Position numbers and translations under genes: made by a program. Shown piece by piece: positions 18,644-20,268 of a stretch of 20,268 nucleotides of DNA (position 1 is its first letter; each line of letters starts with the position of its first letter). The notes beneath the pieces are model-generated. The model was not told the origin of the DNA, made no database searches, and saw only the letters and a list, made by a program, of their open reading frames with translations. The stretch comes from Fimbriimonadales bacterium (GTDB lineage Bacteria > Armatimonadota > Fimbriimonadia > Fimbriimonadales > JABRVX01), in the NCBI GenBank assembly GCA_045862955.1, contig BTVI01000050.1, positions 1-20,268 of the forward strand, read 5' to 3'.

Positions 18644-18955
18644 GCGTTACGCTGAGCCTGTCGAAGCATGCGGCCGCATCCCCCAGCGGACCCCCAAGGA
18701 CCGTCATGCTGAGCCTGTCGAAGCATGCAGCCGCATCCCTTAGCGGACCTCCAAGGGCCGTCATGCTGAGCCTGTCGAAGCATCCGGCCGCATCCCTTAG
18801 CGGACATCCAAGGACCGTCATGCTGAGCCTGTCGAAGCATGCAGCCCCATCCCTTAGCGGACCCCCAAGGGCCGTCATGCTGAGCCTGTCGAAGCATGCA
18901 ACCCCATCCCTTAGCGGACCTACAAGGGCCGTCATGCTGAGCCTGTCGAAGCATG
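18644..18955 (+). repeat. Tandem array of six CGTC-tagged REP-like cores at 57-bp period
   Basis: Core CCGTCATGCTGAGCCTGTCGAAGCAT(G) starts at 18644 (degenerate), 18701, 18758, 18815, 18872 and 18929. The 30-bp linkers are near-identical. Confidence 0.95.
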
Positions 18956-19698
18956 CAGCCGGAAGTGCCAGAGCCATCTAGGGAACTCGAAAACGTGCGG
19001 CCCGCGGTCCCATGCTTCGACAGGCTCAGCATGACGACAGGTTCAGAAGGACGTCAGGCTCAGCATGACGACAGGGACAGCACGATGACAGGGACAGAGG
19101 CACCAGAAGCTCAGCATGACGGCAGGTTCAGAAGGACGTCAGGCTCTGCATGACGACAGGTTCAGCACGACGACAGGGACAGAGGGACGAGAAGCTCAGA
19201 ATAACATCAGGCTCGGCATGACAGCACCAGTGACCCACCCTCTCGCGCCGATGAGCGCACCATACCCATGGCTGCCGACCTCACCGCCGCGAGAGGGTCA
19301 GTCAGTGAGAACATGCAGCCGTCCGGTACCGTCATGCTGAGCCTGTCGAAGCATGCATCCGGAAGTGCCAGAGCCATCTAGGGAACTCGAAAACTTGCGG
19401 CCCGCGGTCTCATGCTTCGACAGGCTCAGCATGACGACAGGTTCAGAAGGACGTCAGGCTCAGCATGACGACAGGTTCAGCTCGACGACAGGTTCAGAAG
19501 GACGTCAGGCTCAGCATGAGGACAGGGACAGAGGGACCAGAGGCTCAGCATGACGACAGGTTCAGCTCGACGACAGGGACAGAGGGACGAGAAGCGCAGA
19601 CTAACATCAGGCTCGGCATGACAGCACCAGTGACCCACCCTCTCGCACCGATGAGCGCACCATACCCATGGCTGCCGACCTCACCGCCGCGAGAGGGT
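18929..19698 (+). repeat. Two ~370-bp direct repeats at 400-bp period, each an inverted REP dimer plus a 12x17-bp minisatellite plus a stem-loop
   Basis: 18929-19298 aligns with 19329-19698 at a constant +400 offset. The 26-bp inverted arms are 18930-18955/19011-19036 and 19330-19355/19411-19436. The 17-bp units span 19021-19224 and 19421-19624. Confidence 0.95.
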
Positions 19699-19934
19699 GC
19701 GGGACACCGAACATAGGCTCAACCAGCGGTGGCACCCGGATGACTTCGCCACGTTCTCTGCGGGCCTCTACGTGCTTCGCGTGCAAGTCCGAGCCGGTTC
19801 GCGCAGCCAATCCGAGGCGGCAGCATGGCGTTACGGCGCCAGTGGGAGTTTCACGCGAAGAGCGCCAAGGGTCCGCAGGGGGCGCAGTGCGAACACTGAC
19901 TCCTGAGAGACTACCTCAGAACAGTGTGATCGAA

Positions 19935-20146
19935 CCCTCACCCCGACCCTCTCCCTTGAGAAGGGAGAGGGAGGGAGGACACATCCCCCTCACCCCAGCC
20001 CTCTCCCCCGCAAACGGGGGAGAGGGAGGGAGCATACATCCCCCTCACCCCAGCCCTCTCCCCCGCAAACGGGGGAGAGGGAGGGAGCTCACATCACCCT
20101 CACCCCAGCCCTCTCCCTTCAAAAGGGAGAGGGAGGGAGGACACAT
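19935..20146 (+). repeat. Tandem array of CCCTCACCCC-AGCCCTCTCCC...GGGAGAGGG palindromic repeats (four clear units)
   Basis: Units start at 19935, 19987, 20042 and 20097 (period 52-55 bp). Each has an 11-12 bp perfect stem. A fifth, degraded unit follows. Confidence 0.92.
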
Positions 20147-20210
20147 GCCCCCCACCCCAACCCCCACCCCCCCCCACCGGGGGGGGGGGGGGCGGGGGGG
20201 TGACGACCGG

Positions 20211-20234
20211 GTAGGGGGGCGGGCTAGCCCGCCC
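20211..20234 (+). repeat. Possible GTAG-tagged REP-like palindrome
   Basis: GTAG tag at 20211, then the perfect palindrome GGGCGGGCTAGCCCGCCC (20217-20234). Single copy, in a low-complexity window end. Confidence 0.4.
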
Positions 20235-20268
20235 GCCCCCCGCCGCGGGGCGGGGGGACATGCGGGGG

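Noticed and set aside
18644..18955. CRISPR array (27-bp repeat, 30-bp spacer)
   Set aside because: Spacers are near-identical to each other, the repeat also occurs inverted, truncated and at the other window end, and no cas genes are present.
18412..19810. Repetitive ORFs (MLRQAQHDG..., CFDRLSMT..., VMLSLSKH...) as proteins
   Set aside because: They are translations of the REP. A 57-bp period keeps frames open on both strands, and some overlap the peptidase 3' end.
20147..20268. Poly-C/poly-G tract as a G-quadruplex or phase-variation site
   Set aside because: It looks like a fifth CCCTCACCC unit degraded into homopolymers at the window end, probably low-quality base calls. It cannot be trusted without reads.
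1..20268. Whole window as a REP-bounded transposon or island
   Set aside because: It contains housekeeping rpmE and clpS, and no integrase, transposase or target-site duplication was seen.

Overview
GC-rich bacterial window, possibly a whole contig because both ends fall in repeats. Left part (minus strand): a GH38 alpha-mannosidase, two tandem divergent ClpS paralogues, rpmE (L31) and a DUF1385 membrane protein. Middle: a secreted glycoside-hydrolase-like protein carrying an apparently circularly permuted malectin domain, a GH51 arabinofuranosidase, an MFS transporter, a DUF438/hemerythrin/PAS protein, and two paralogous secreted HExxHxxGxxD metzincin-like proteases with different accessory domains. 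Both ends carry the same CGTC-tagged palindromic repeat (CGTCATGCTGAGCCTGTCGAAGCATG). At the right end it forms a layered structure: a 57-bp tandem array, inverted dimers, a 17-bp minisatellite made from the repeat's own end, and a 400-bp-period duplication with two internal blocks swapped. A second CCCTCACCC/GGGAGAGGG hairpin family follows. No transposase, cas gene, tRNA or rRNA was seen. Family assignments come from motif recognition by eye, not from database searches.
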